Of a DNA stretch of 64,000 nt, positions 1-10,439 are shown in pieces (the first letter of the stretch is position 1; the number at the start of each line of letters is the position of its first letter). The stretch is from Phycisphaerae bacterium (lineage in GTDB: Bacteria; Planctomycetota; Phycisphaerae; UBA1845; CAIVHJ01). Both the position numbers and the translations under genes were made by a program. The notes beneath the pieces are model-generated. The model was not told the DNA's origin, searched no databases, and saw only the letters and a list, made by a program, of their open reading frames with translations. Location of the stretch: contig JAJVHX010000017.1 in assembly GCA_022072405.1 (NCBI GenBank), positions 64,141-128,140 on the forward strand, in the 5' to 3' direction.

Positions 1-3000
1 GCTGAAAATCAGTCGCTGACCACGGACCTGCAGCAGCGTACCCACCGTCTGGAACAACTGGAAGCAGAGCTGGAATCCCGCACTGCACAAATCGCGATTC
101 AAGCATCTGAATTGCAGTCAGAGCAGGCTGAGTTGCACAACGCCCGAGCGGCGCTGGCTGCTGAGCAACATACGACACAGGATCGCATCCGGCAGCTGGA
201 CGAACTGGAAAGCAAGCTGCAACAGCAACAGCAGCAGGTCGCCCGGCTGGAGCAGTCGATCAGCCGGCGCGAAGCGGAAAACGAAAAATCCATTCTTGAT
301 GTGCAATCGCGTGAAGTAGCGCTTGCGGAGCGTGAATCGAGTTGGAAGAAACAATCGGCGGAGCTGGAGCAGCGCGAACAATCGCTTCAGATCAGTGCGG
401 CGGAATTGACCAGACAGCGCTCACAGTTGCAGGCGGAATTGACTAAGGCACAGACTGATCGCCAGGAACTGGATCGGGGCTTGCAGCAGTTACACGAGCA
501 GCAACGCGAAAGTACGTCGCAACGTCAGGTACTCGACCGTGAGCGACAGGAGATCGAACAACGCCAGCGCACTCAGGATGAACAGAAAAAGCACCTGCAA
601 TCCACCACGGCAACGGTGGAGGAACGTAACCAGCAGCTCCGCAAGGATCAGCTGGAGCTGCATGAGTCCCGTCAGAAATTTGAAGCCCAGCAGAAACAAT
701 TACTGGCGGAGCGCCGTAGCCAGGAGGAGCGTCAGCAGGCTCTGCAGAATCAGGAACAACAGTCCACGGTTCGCCAGGTTCAGCTGCAGGAGCAGTCGCG
801 GATCCTGAAGGCCCGTGAGCAGGAATTCGAGCTGCGCCAAAAGGCCATTGCTCAGCAAGCTGATCAGCAGGAACAGCGCCATCAGGAACTCGCGGCGCGA
901 GAAAAGGAACTGGCTGATAAGACGCGTGAATTTGACAAGCGCTGGCAGTCGCTGTCCAAGCTGGAAAAAGACACCGAACGGCGACAGGGCGAGTTGCGCA
1001 AACAGGAACAGGATTGGACCCGCCGCCAGGAGCAGGTCGCGAAACAAGCCGAAGAACAGGATCGCGTGTCCGCTTCGCTTTCATCGTGGGAGAGTAATCT
1101 CCGCCGATTGGAGGAAGAACTGGCCCAGCGAAGCCAGCAGGTTGATGCACAGCTCCAGCAACAGCAACAACAGTTGAAGCAAATCGAGGAGCAGGATCGT
1201 CGCTTGGCTGAACATCGGGCTGAGTGGGCCAGTCGCGAACAAGAGCTGGCGCAGCTGGAAGATCACATTCGCCAGCAACAGCAGCAAACCACCGCTGCCC
1301 AGAAGGAACACCAGCAGGCCATGGCCGGGCTGGAGGAATCGTACAGCGTCCTGGAACAACGGGAAGCATTACTCCGCGATCAGCAGGCGACTCTCAATCT
1401 GCAGCAGCAGAAAGTATCCGAGGATACAGCTGAACTGCAGCAGATCGAAGCCGAATTGAAACAGCAGGCTGATACACTGGAGGCCCAACGCCACGCCGTC
1501 GAAATGCAGGTGGCGCAGAATCGCCAGATGGAGGTAGAACTGCATGAGTTGCAGAGCCAGCTCAGCCAGCAGATGCAAGCCATTGAAAAATCAGAAAGTG
1601 AACTGACGGGCTTGCGTCGGCAATTGGATCAGTCTGCTGCTGAACTACGCGCCCGGGAAGAGCAGTTGAATCAGCTGGATGAACAGCAGAAACTTCTGCA
1701 GGAAGAACAGCAGGAACGCAGCCAACGGTTGAGCCAGGGTGAATGCGAACTGGCGGAACAGCGGCAGCAGTTGCAGCAACGCCATGAACAGCTCAGCAGT
1801 CGCCACACCGATCTGGCTCGCAACGAACAAATCCTGGCCCAGCAACTGGCTGATCTGGATCGAGACCGGGCTGTGGTTCAACAGCAGCGCAACGAGATCG
1901 ATCGGCAGCTCGCGGAATTGCAAAAAGGCGATCGCGGCCTGGCCCAGTTCCGCCGGGAACTGGATGTCAAGTCGGCGGAATTGCAAAAACTGGCCGATCG
2001 GTTGAACGACCAGCAGCAGCAGTTACAGCAGCAGCAGCAGGATTTTGATCAGCGAAATACTGAACTGCAGCGGAAAGAGAAAGCATTACAGCTGGAGATT
2101 CAGGAAGCCCAGTCCGGCAGCCAGAAGTTGAAGCAGGAACGGTCTCAGTATGAACAACTGCAATTGCAACTGGATCGACAGCAGCGCGAAATCAAATCCG
2201 AACAGGAGAAACAGCGTCAGCGCGAACAACAGCTGCAGCAGCGCGAAAAGAAACTGGCTGATCTGCAGGGTGAGTTTTCGGACCGCACTACGGAATTAGA
2301 AGCCCGCGAGCGGCAATCGCTTGATGTGGAACAGCGCCAGAAAGCCACGCTGCAGGATCTGGGTAAACAGCAGAAAGCACTGCAACAGGAGCAGGCGGCG
2401 CTGGTCTCGCGCAAGCAGGTACTGGAGCAGGAGCAGGCGGAAGTCAGCAGTGCCTGGCTGGAAATTGAACGCCTGCAGCAGGACTTGAAGCTGAAATTAT
2501 CCGGCCTGACGCAAGAACAGGAACACGCCCGGCAACTGCGCGATCAGACGGTCACTCAGGCGGAGTCCTGGCAGGAGCGTAACAGCGCTCTGGACTCTCG
2601 GCAGCAGGAAGTTCAGCAGTTGCGTCAGCAGTTGGATACGGAACGGGCTGCTGTTCAGCAGCAGCAGGCGGAGATGACGCAGTTGCGAGAGCAGTTGCAG
2701 CAACGGGAAGCTGCCCTGGAGGCCGGTGAAACCGAAGTGCTGACCATGCAGGAGGAGCTGGAACGCCAGCGCGAGCAGTTATCTCGGCAGGACGGTGAGT
2801 ACGGTCAGCAACAGGATCAATTGCAGCTGCGTCGTACGCAAATGGAAGAATTGCAGCGGCGACTGGCAGCTCGTGAACACGAGTTGGAACAGATGGAGCA
2901 GGCGGCGTTGTCTCGCCATGCCGAGATCGATCATCAACTCGCCGACATTCAACAGCAACGACAGAACATCAATGATCGTGAGCGGCAATTTGCCGAGCGT

Positions 3001-3444
3001 GAAGATCAACTGCAACGGCGCCTGCGTGAATTGGAAGAACAGGCTGCGGAACTGAATCGTAAAGAGCTGGAGCTGGAAGACCTCCATCAGCGTCTCGATG
3101 CTCTGGAAACGCATGCCCAGACCAAGCAGCTGCAGGTGGATGAAGAAGCGATACCGCTCTCCGCCCACCAGATCATCGAAGCTGAGGCTCAACAGCAGGC
3201 CGCAGCCGCTGCACCAGTGGTCGAGCCGGCCAAAGCCGCAGCCGGGGAAGAAGAATTGCCGCTCGAAGTGGTGCTGAAAGACCTCGATCCGGAATTGGCC
3301 AATGCGGTGCGTATGATGCGGCGATTCGGGGTCAAGGGCAGTGTGCGCGAGCTGATCGAGCAGGCCCAGCTGGAACTGGCCCAGCGGCGCGAAGCGATCG
3401 AACAAGCCAAAAAATCCCGCAAATTCAAACTCTGGGGCAGTTAA
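1..3444 (+). CDS. giant Gln/Glu/Arg/Leu-rich coiled-coil protein, 5' end outside window
   Basis: Frame 1 is open from base 1 (AENQSLTTDLQQRTHRLEQLE...) into the 112..3444 ORF. More than 1140 aa of uninterrupted Q/E/R/L heptad-like sequence with poly-Q runs. Short non-repetitive tail (VRMMRRFGVKGSVRELIEQ). No enzymatic motif seen. Confidence 0.75.
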   Translation, partial: AENQSLTTDLQQRTHRLEQLEAELESRTAQIAIQASELQSEQAELHNARAALAAEQHTTQDRIRQLDELESKLQQQQQQVARLEQSISRREAENEKSILDVQSREVALAERESSWKKQSAELEQREQSLQISAAELTRQRSQLQAELTKAQTDRQELDRGLQQLHEQQRESTSQRQVLDRERQEIEQRQRTQDEQKKHLQSTTATVEERNQQLRKDQLELHESRQKFEAQQKQLLAERRSQEERQQALQNQEQQSTVRQVQLQEQSRILKAREQEFELRQKAIAQQADQQEQRHQELAAREKELADKTREFDKRWQSLSKLEKDTERRQGELRKQEQDWTRRQEQVAKQAEEQDRVSASLSSWESNLRRLEEELAQRSQQVDAQLQQQQQQLKQIEEQDRRLAEHRAEWASREQELAQLEDHIRQQQQQTTAAQKEHQQAMAGLEESYSVLEQREALLRDQQATLNLQQQKVSEDTAELQQIEAELKQQADTLEAQRHAVEMQVAQNRQMEVELHELQSQLSQQMQAIEKSESELTGLRRQLDQSAAELRAREEQLNQLDEQQKLLQEEQQERSQRLSQGECELAEQRQQLQQRHEQLSSRHTDLARNEQILAQQLADLDRDRAVVQQQRNEIDRQLAELQKGDRGLAQFRRELDVKSAELQKLADRLNDQQQQLQQQQQDFDQRNTELQRKEKALQLEIQEAQSGSQKLKQERSQYEQLQLQLDRQQREIKSEQEKQRQREQQLQQREKKLADLQGEFSDRTTELEARERQSLDVEQRQKATLQDLGKQQKALQQEQAALVSRKQVLEQEQAEVSSAWLEIERLQQDLKLKLSGLTQEQEHARQLRDQTVTQAESWQERNSALDSRQQEVQQLRQQLDTERAAVQQQQAEMTQLREQLQQREAALEAGETEVLTMQEELERQREQLSRQDGEYGQQQDQLQLRRTQMEELQRRLAAREHELEQMEQAALSRHAEIDHQLADIQQQRQNINDRERQFAEREDQLQRRLRELEEQAAELNRKELELEDLHQRLDALETHAQTKQLQVDEEAIPLSAHQIIEAEAQQQAAAAAPVVEPAKAAAGEEELPLEVVLKDLDPELANAVRMMRRFGVKGSVRELIEQAQLELAQRREAIEQAKKSRKFKLWGS

Positions 3445-3451
3445 TCAACCA

Positions 3452-5179
3452 TCAGGACTGATAAGTGGCAAGGGCCTCACGGATCAGTTGATCGGTACGG
3501 GTGAGGGCATCGGTTACGCTCAGTTTATGCACTTCGGCGGCGTTACGGACTTTCAATTCCACCAATCCCTGGCTGATATTCTTTTTGCCGATGGTTAATC
3601 GTAAGGGAACGCCGATCAGATCGGCATCCATGAATTTGGGGCCGGGGCGGAGTTCGCGATCATCCCACAACACTTCCCAGCCATGCTGCGTCAGTCCGTC
3701 GTAAAGCTGCCGAGCGGCACTTATCACAAGTTCATCACCGCTGTCCAGTGTGGTGATCAGTACCTGGAAGGGGGTGATGCTCATCGGCCAGATGATGCCT
3801 GCATCGTCATGATGAGCTTCAATGGCCGCTGCCATGATACGGTTCACACCGATGCCATAACAACCCATGATGCAGGGATGATTCTGGCCCTGAGCATCCT
3901 GATAATGAGCTTTCATGGAAACGGAGTATTTCGTGCCCAGTTTGAAGACGTGGCCGATCTCAATGCATTTTTCAAATACCAGCGGCTGGCCATTGGGGGC
4001 CGAATCACCGGCGACCGGCAGGCGTATATCCGCCACCTCCTTGATCTCGAAATCGCGCCCCGGATTAACCCCTTTCAGATGGTAATCCGTTTTATTCGCA
4101 CCCGTGACTGCGTTTTGCATCTGCGGAACGGCCTGGTCGACAATAATCCGGACCTGCAAACCTACTGGCCCGGCAAAACCAACCTCCGCACAAGTCACCT
4201 TGCGGATAGTTTCTGGATCCGCCGCCACCAGGCTCCGAACCTGGGCTGCCTTACGCAGCTTGGCTTCGTTCACCTCATGGTCGCCGCGGACGAGCGCCAC
4301 CAGCGGCTGATCATCGGCGACAAAAATAATGGTCTTGATCAGGTCAGCGGGCTGACAACCCAGAAAGCGGCTGACTTGTTCAACGGAACCGACATGCGGA
4401 GTATGAACTTCCTGTAAGGATTCCAGTGGTGATGCCGTGGATGAACGTGTTGAGGGTGGAGCGATGGCAGCACGTTCCAGGTTGGCGGCGTACGAACTGT
4501 CGCCGGTACGGACCAGGATATCCTCGCCGGCGTCGGTGGCGACCATGAATTCATGGGAGGCATCGCCGCCCATGGCACCGCTTTCCGCCTCGACCGCAAC
4601 GTAGGGCAAGCCGCAGCGCTTGTAAATGCGGCAATAGGTGTCGTACATACTGCGGTACTCACGATCCAGATCCACCCAGGAGGTGTGGAATGAGTAGGCA
4701 TCCTTCATTAGAAATTCGCGCGTCCGCAGGACTCCGCTCTTAGGCCGCTTTTCGTCGCGGAATTTCGTCTGAATCTGGTAGAGGTTGATCGGTAACTGCT
4801 TGTAGCTGTTGACGAAGCTGCGGACGATATGCGTGATGATCTCCTCATGTGTCGGCCCCAGCACCGTTCCGCTGCGCCATTCCTGATCGGGCAAATGTAT
4901 GAGCGTATCACCCATGGCTTCGACCCGGCCGGTCTCCATCCATAACTCCACCGGATGCATGGCGGGCATATGCAGTTCGATCGCTCCCGCGCGGTTCATT
5001 TCCTCGCGTACGATATTCGTGATTTTCTGCAGGACGCGATACCCCAGCGGGAGGTAGATGTAAGCGCCTGCCACCAACTGCTTGACCAGGCCGGCACGCA
5101 GCATTAACTGGTGTGAAGGAACGATGGCTTCGGCGGGGGTTTCACGAGTGGTCGGGATAAAATAGTTATTCCAGTGCAT
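3452..5179 (-). CDS. proS: prolyl-tRNA synthetase (bacterial type with editing insertion)
   Basis: 575 aa. N-terminus SHQLMLRAGLVKQL..YIYLPLGYRVLQKI..IVREEM; GPTHEEIIT; YQIQTKFRDEKRPKSGVLRTREFLMKDAYSFH. These are class II ProRS signatures. Confidence 0.95.
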   Translation of the reverse strand: MHWNNYFIPTTRETPAEAIVPSHQLMLRAGLVKQLVAGAYIYLPLGYRVLQKITNIVREEMNRAGAIELHMPAMHPVELWMETGRVEAMGDTLIHLPDQEWRSGTVLGPTHEEIITHIVRSFVNSYKQLPINLYQIQTKFRDEKRPKSGVLRTREFLMKDAYSFHTSWVDLDREYRSMYDTYCRIYKRCGLPYVAVEAESGAMGGDASHEFMVATDAGEDILVRTGDSSYAANLERAAIAPPSTRSSTASPLESLQEVHTPHVGSVEQVSRFLGCQPADLIKTIIFVADDQPLVALVRGDHEVNEAKLRKAAQVRSLVAADPETIRKVTCAEVGFAGPVGLQVRIIVDQAVPQMQNAVTGANKTDYHLKGVNPGRDFEIKEVADIRLPVAGDSAPNGQPLVFEKCIEIGHVFKLGTKYSVSMKAHYQDAQGQNHPCIMGCYGIGVNRIMAAAIEAHHDDAGIIWPMSITPFQVLITTLDSGDELVISAARQLYDGLTQHGWEVLWDDRELRPGPKFMDADLIGVPLRLTIGKKNISQGLVELKVRNAAEVHKLSVTDALTRTDQLIREALATYQS

Positions 5180-5358
5180 AATAGAGGGTAATCAATACCG
5201 GCCCGCGTGACAAAATGCAAGCCGGATGCATACTTGGCTGTCGGGGTGCTGGTTTGAGCAGGCCAAAATCGATAAAATAGTCTGTCTGAATTTCTGAATT
5301 CTCGCGTTGGCCGTCGACATCGATCGGCACGTTAATATACTTCCAACCAAGGGGCGGT

Positions 5359-6342
5359 ATGACACATCGATATATCAATGATATGGGGCCCGGTGAGACG
5401 GTGATCAATCAGGTTTTTATGATCGCTTCGAAAGACCTGCGTACGACCAGCAATGGATCGCTGTACATTCACACTGTTTTGGCCGACAAGACCGGCCAGA
5501 TTCCCGCGCGGATGTGGCAGGCGACCGAGAGCCATTACAAACTGCTGCCGGAAGGCGGCTTTGTGCAGCTGCGCGGGCGGACGGAGAGCTACAAAGGTCA
5601 TCTGCAATTCATCATTGAAGGCATCAATGTCATCAATGAAAAAGATGTCAACGTGGCTGATTTCCTGCCCACGACCGAACGCAATATTCCGGAAATGTGG
5701 ACCAAGGTCCGGACGATAATGGAAAGCATCAAGGATCACGATCTACTGGCTTTGGTGAAGTGTTTTATCGATGATCCCCAGCTCGCCGCCAATTTTCAGC
5801 GCTCCCCAGCGGCGATTACCATGCATCATGCCTACGTCGGTGGCCTGCTGGAGCACACGCTCAATCTGCTGGAATTGGCCCAACTGGTGATCCCGCGTTA
5901 TCCGGAGTTGAGCCTGGATCTGGTTCTGGCTGGATTGTTTCTGCATGATATCGGCAAGACGCAGGAGTTGAAGTATGACACCAACTTCAGCTATTCCGAT
6001 CAGGGGCAGCTGGTCGGACACATTGTCATGAGCGTGATGTGGATCGAAGAGAAGGTCCGCCAGGCGGAAAAAATCACCGGTCGGAAGTTCCCTGACGAAA
6101 AGAAGTGGGCCTTGCAGCATCTCGTATTGTCGCATCATGGGCAATATGAATATGGCAGCCCCAAATTGCCGGCCACTCCGGAAGCGATTGCCGTTCATTA
6201 CCTGGACAATCTGGACGCCAAACTGCAGCAGGCGCTCAAAATCATCGCGGCGGATAATGACGAAGAATCCAACTGGACCGCTTATCTGCCGGCTTTGGAA
6301 ACCAAGTTATATAAACGTGATGTGGTGCCCGATGGCAATTGA
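5359..6342 (+). CDS. OB-fold + HD-domain phosphohydrolase, YhaM-like 3'-5' exoribonuclease family
   Basis: N-terminal OB-like segment (LYIHTVLADKTGQIPARMWQ...VQLRGRTESYKGHLQF) followed by an HD domain (HHAYVGGLLEHT, FLHDIGK, LVLSHHG). SD-like AAGGGG lies upstream of the ATG. Confidence 0.75.
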   Translation: MTHRYINDMGPGETVINQVFMIASKDLRTTSNGSLYIHTVLADKTGQIPARMWQATESHYKLLPEGGFVQLRGRTESYKGHLQFIIEGINVINEKDVNVADFLPTTERNIPEMWTKVRTIMESIKDHDLLALVKCFIDDPQLAANFQRSPAAITMHHAYVGGLLEHTLNLLELAQLVIPRYPELSLDLVLAGLFLHDIGKTQELKYDTNFSYSDQGQLVGHIVMSVMWIEEKVRQAEKITGRKFPDEKKWALQHLVLSHHGQYEYGSPKLPATPEAIAVHYLDNLDAKLQQALKIIAADNDEESNWTAYLPALETKLYKRDVVPDGN

Positions 6343-6370
6343 TAAACCTTAAACAGGATGGAGTGAGAGT

Positions 6371-6889
6371 ATGAAACTGCGTTATGTACTGACAATCGGT
6401 GTGGCGGGACTGATCGCCGGATTCATGATCGGAGCCGGCGAACCGGGGAACGGTCGTGGAACCTATAACGACGCCCGCTATGGCTTCACTATTCAGACCC
6501 CGAACTATCCCGCCGTACCCACCGGTGAAACGGTTATACCGATCATGACCTTTGCTCCGCAGGTCAATGGGTTCTGTCCCAATATGCATGTCATGATCCA
6601 GGCCCAGACGGTGACGGCTGATCAATATGCACAACTCACGCGCGATGAGTTCAAAACCGCCAAGTTCAGCATCAACAGCGAGAGAACTTTCAAGGTGTCC
6701 GGACGGGATGCGCTGCTGTGGGATTATCAGGGCGTACAGGATTCGATTGATCTGCGTTTTCTGGCGCTGGCGGTGATCGATACGGATAAGGTTTATCTGC
6801 TGACTGCCGCCGCGCCGCCAACCGAATATCCGAAATACGAAGCGGAATTCAAGGCTTGCCTGGAGAGCTTCCAGTTGGCAGGTCGCTAA
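6371..6889 (+). CDS. hypothetical membrane-anchored/secreted protein
   Basis: 172-aa ORF 29 nt after the upstream gene. N-terminal hydrophobic segment LTIGVAGLIAGFMIGA. No recognisable catalytic motif. Confidence 0.6.
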   Translation: MKLRYVLTIGVAGLIAGFMIGAGEPGNGRGTYNDARYGFTIQTPNYPAVPTGETVIPIMTFAPQVNGFCPNMHVMIQAQTVTADQYAQLTRDEFKTAKFSINSERTFKVSGRDALLWDYQGVQDSIDLRFLALAVIDTDKVYLLTAAAPPTEYPKYEAEFKACLESFQLAGR

Positions 6890-6981
6890 TCATGCCGCTC
6901 GAGCTTGACGAGTGTCCTGCGTATGCGGAAAAACATCGATATGTATGATTGAGGTGCATTGGCACTGCTGAGAGTGAGTCC

Positions 6982-8328
6982 ATGGATTACACACAATTAA
7001 CGTCGAACGATGTGCAGCGGATGCTGCAGACCATCGGGATTTCTTCCGTTGATAACTTGTTTTCCGGTATTGATGCCCGGCATCGCGTGCCGAGCGGGCT
7101 GAAGATCCCCGCCGGACTGTCTGAGCCGGAAATGCTGGCTGATCTGCAGCGTCTGGCGAGCAGGAACAAGTCCACCGATCAGCAGATCAGTTTTCTGGGG
7201 GCGGGCATCTATGACCATTTTATCCCCACGCTGGTTGATGCTCTCGCCCACCAGAGCGAATTCGTCACCGCCTACACACCCTATCAAGCCGAAGCTTCCC
7301 AGGGCACGTTGCAGGCCTTCTACGAATTTCAAACCATGGTTTGTCAGTTGTTCGGTATGGATGTCTCCAACGCCTCGTTGTATGAGATGACCTCAGCAGC
7401 GGCGGAAGCGATGCTGATGGCCCGTGATATTAATGGCCGCAGGAAGGTACTGATCAGCGGTGCGGCTCATCCTGATTTACTCGCGGTCCTGCGCACCTAT
7501 GCCTCCAACAATGCGGAGACGCAGATCGCCGTTCTGCCAATAACGGATGGTATCACGTCGCTCACCGCGTTGCGCAGTCAGATCGATCCGGAGACTTGCG
7601 CCGTCGTCATGCAGCATCCCAACTTTTTCGGCAATCTGGAAGCGCAGCCGCAGATCGCCGACATTGTGCATCAGTCTGGTGCGCTCCTGATCACCGCCGT
7701 TGATCCGATCAGTTGCGGTTTGCTCAAACCGCCGGGAGATTACGGAACGGACATCGCCGTTGCGGAAGGGCAGGCGCTGGGCATTCCGCAGCAATTCGGC
7801 GGACCTGCTCTTGGCCTGCTCGCCACGCGAAATGAGTACATGCGTAAAATACCCGGTCGCCTGGTGGGCATGACCGTCGACAAGGAAGGGCGGCGGGCGT
7901 TTTGCCTGACGTTACAGGCCCGTGAACAGCATATCCGCCGCGAAAAAGCCAGCAGCAACGTCTGCACCAATCAGGGGCTGATGGCCATGCGGGCCACCGT
8001 TTATATGGCGACAATGGGTCGACAGGGCCTTCGTCAGGTCGCCCAGCAATGTTTCGATAAAGCCCACTACGCTGCCCGGCAGATCGCTCAGTTACCGGGT
8101 TACGAACTGGCTTTTCCGAAACAATCTTTCTTCAAGGAATTCGTGATTCGTACCAGACACGACGTTAAAAAACTGCTGCACCATGCTCAAGCACATGGCG
8201 TATTGGCCGGCGTTCCCCTGGACTGCTGGTTCGCTGAGATGAACGATTGTTTCATGATGACCGTAACTGAAAAACGCACCCGGGCGGAAATAGACCGCCT
8301 GGTTGAGATATTAAGGAATGTACAGTGA
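6982..8328 (+). CDS. gcvPA: glycine dehydrogenase (aminomethyl-transferring) subunit 1
   Basis: MDYTQLTSNDVQRMLQTIGI..., FLGAGIYDHFIP, AYTPYQAEASQGTLQAFYEFQTMV. The ORF track starts at 6949, but the ATG at 6982 matches the usual N-terminus. The stop overlaps the gcvPB start. Confidence 0.9.
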   Translation: MDYTQLTSNDVQRMLQTIGISSVDNLFSGIDARHRVPSGLKIPAGLSEPEMLADLQRLASRNKSTDQQISFLGAGIYDHFIPTLVDALAHQSEFVTAYTPYQAEASQGTLQAFYEFQTMVCQLFGMDVSNASLYEMTSAAAEAMLMARDINGRRKVLISGAAHPDLLAVLRTYASNNAETQIAVLPITDGITSLTALRSQIDPETCAVVMQHPNFFGNLEAQPQIADIVHQSGALLITAVDPISCGLLKPPGDYGTDIAVAEGQALGIPQQFGGPALGLLATRNEYMRKIPGRLVGMTVDKEGRRAFCLTLQAREQHIRREKASSNVCTNQGLMAMRATVYMATMGRQGLRQVAQQCFDKAHYAARQIAQLPGYELAFPKQSFFKEFVIRTRHDVKKLLHHAQAHGVLAGVPLDCWFAEMNDCFMMTVTEKRTRAEIDRLVEILRNVQ

Positions 8329-9803
8329 TGACCCAGAATCATGGTGTCGCGGATGTAGATGTCACTATCCCGTTGTTGTTTGAAGAGGGTTCACCGGGTA
8401 GTTGTGCGGTTTCGTTGAGCAAGTCGGATGTCCCACAGCAGGATGTACGAAAAATGCTGCCGGCGGAACTGGTGGCTGATGATAGTCCGCCATTGCCGGA
8501 AATCGCCGAGATGGATCTGGTGCGACACTTTACGCGTCTGGCTCATCGGGCGTTCAGTGTGGATGCCAATTTCTATCCACTCGGTTCCTGCACCATGAAA
8601 TATAACCCGCGCATCAATGAACGCGCCGCCGCTCTGCCCGGGTTTGCTAATCTGCATCCTTATCAGCCGGTGGATCAAATTCAGGGGCTGTTGGAATTAC
8701 TCTACGCAGTGCGCGAGTTTCTGCAGGAAATCAGCGGTTTGCCCGAAGTCTGCCTCCAGCCGGCGGCGGGGGCCCATGGCGAAATGACCGGTCTGATGCT
8801 GGTCAACGCTTATCACCGTGATCGCGGAGAACAGCGCCTGAACGTACTCGTTCCGGACTCGGCCCATGGCACCAATCCTGCAACCTGCACCGTGTGCAGC
8901 CGCACAGCCATTACCGTCAAATCGCGCCCGGATGGCAAAGTCGATCTGGACGACCTGAGGAAAAAAGTGGACCGCCACACCGCGGCTCTGATGATTACCA
9001 ACCCCAACACCGTCGGGGTATTTGATGAGCAGATCGGTGACCTCGCCGAAATACTGCACGAGCAGGGGGCGCTGTTGTACATGGATGGGGCCAACATGAA
9101 CGCCATGCTGGGCATCATGCGACCGGGAGATTTCGGCGTTGATGTCATGCATTTCAACACCCACAAAACCTTCAGCACGCCACACGGTGGCGGCGGGCCT
9201 GGTTCCGGCCCGGTGGCGGTCGCTGAGAAACTACGCCCTTTTCTGCCGATCCCACAGGTGATCAAAAAAACGGACGCTACATTCGAGCTGGATCACAACC
9301 GGCCCAAGAGTATCGGTAAGGTGCGGGCCTTCTTCGGGCAGGTGGGCGTGCTGGTGCGCTGTTATACTTACATCCGCTCGCTGGGTACGGAAGGGTTACG
9401 GAATGTCAGCGATAAGGCGGTGCTCTCCGCCAATTATCTGGCCAAGCGCCTGGAGAAAGCCTATCACTTCCCGATTCCCGGACCCTATGCTCATGAGTTT
9501 ATTCTGGTACCGAAATTTGAAGAGACCGGCGTCACAGAAATCGACGTCGCCAAGCGGCTGATCGATCACGGTATCCATCCGCCGACCATGAGCTGGCCGG
9601 TGCATCATTGCCTGATGATCGAACCGACCGAAACGGAGTCGCTCCGCACGCTAGATTATTTCGCCGACACCATGCTGAAGATCGCCCGCGAAGCCCGCGA
9701 AACTCCCGAAGTGGTCAAGAACGCTCCGCACCACACACCGATCAGCCGCGCCGATGAAGTGGGCGCTGCCCGCAAGCCCAACGTCCGCTGGTTGCCGGGC
9801 TGA
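8328..9803 (+). CDS. gcvPB: glycine dehydrogenase (aminomethyl-transferring) subunit 2
   Basis: GSCTMKYNPRINE, HFNTHKTFSTPHGGGGPGSGPVAV (PLP-lysine region). The ATG at 8328 overlaps the gcvPA TGA; GTG at 8325 is an alternative start. Confidence 0.92.
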   Translation: MTQNHGVADVDVTIPLLFEEGSPGSCAVSLSKSDVPQQDVRKMLPAELVADDSPPLPEIAEMDLVRHFTRLAHRAFSVDANFYPLGSCTMKYNPRINERAAALPGFANLHPYQPVDQIQGLLELLYAVREFLQEISGLPEVCLQPAAGAHGEMTGLMLVNAYHRDRGEQRLNVLVPDSAHGTNPATCTVCSRTAITVKSRPDGKVDLDDLRKKVDRHTAALMITNPNTVGVFDEQIGDLAEILHEQGALLYMDGANMNAMLGIMRPGDFGVDVMHFNTHKTFSTPHGGGGPGSGPVAVAEKLRPFLPIPQVIKKTDATFELDHNRPKSIGKVRAFFGQVGVLVRCYTYIRSLGTEGLRNVSDKAVLSANYLAKRLEKAYHFPIPGPYAHEFILVPKFEETGVTEIDVAKRLIDHGIHPPTMSWPVHHCLMIEPTETESLRTLDYFADTMLKIAREARETPEVVKNAPHHTPISRADEVGAARKPNVRWLPG

Positions 9804-9817
9804 TCAAGGATACACGA

Positions 9818-10156
9818 ATGCTGCGGAAAGTCTGCATCGTAATGCTGATCATCGCGGGCAGTAATCTGCTGACTTTCGCCAACACCCGTTACCAGACCAG
9901 CCGTATGGTTGGAACACAGGCCCAGAAATATGTTGCCGAATACCTCGAACAGAATCAGTTGCCGACATCCCGGTCGTCTGTCGAGGGTTCGGAGATGCCG
10001 ATATTGGTGCGCGTTGCCTGGGCGGGGGGCGAGAAATTTGGTTATAACCAAATGTTGCCGTATCAATCTGCCGGAATGATCTGTCTGGCTGGTGCGCTGT
10101 TGTTATTTTGCATGCCCCTGCTCGTGGCGCAAAAGCGACGTCAATCTGATTCATGA
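9818..10156 (+). CDS. hypothetical small membrane protein
   Basis: 112 aa. AAGGA lies 8 nt upstream of the ATG and the gene begins 14 nt after gcvPB. N- and C-terminal hydrophobic segments with a basic tail KRRQSDS. Confidence 0.5.
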   Translation: MLRKVCIVMLIIAGSNLLTFANTRYQTSRMVGTQAQKYVAEYLEQNQLPTSRSSVEGSEMPILVRVAWAGGEKFGYNQMLPYQSAGMICLAGALLLFCMPLLVAQKRRQSDS

Positions 10157-10323
10157 GATTATGTAAGGTGTGCTTGCACACCATCACCCATTTCGTAAAA
10201 CTGATAAAGGTGTATAACCCACCCCGCTTCTGCTGTTCAACCGGTCATAATCTACAATAGCTTTGCCTATCGCTGCGTGGTCCGTAAAAGCATTGTATTC
10301 TGGATCCATGTGCACATTACATA

Positions 10324-10359
10324 TAAAAAAATCAGCCGGCCCCGAGAGGCGACCGGCTG
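10324..10359 (-). terminator. intrinsic terminator downstream of the porin-like gene
   Basis: Stem CAGCCGG (10333-10339) pairs with CCGGCTG (10353-10359). On the minus strand it is followed by A + 7 T (plus-strand A-run 10325-10331). About 80 nt past the stop at 10440. Confidence 0.55.
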
Positions 10360-10439
10360 TTAAAAAAATGATGTGACTTTGGTATTTGTTTCGGGTGGGT
10401 ATAAATTTCATCCCGAACATAGCTCATAAAGTGATGTTG

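Noticed and set aside
443-1369. 308-aa minus-strand ORF, plus several shorter ones, inside the coiled-coil gene
   Set aside because: It is antisense to a CAG/GAG/CTG-rich coding sequence, which automatically stays open on the opposite strand. The translation is Pro/Ala/Gly/Val-rich junk with no start context. The plus-strand frame is continuous for more than 1140 codons.
6890-6981. Glycine riboswitch upstream of gcvPA
   Set aside because: The spacer is only about 90 nt. It lacks the tandem GGAGAG...CACCG...GGGGCAA-type aptamer signatures.
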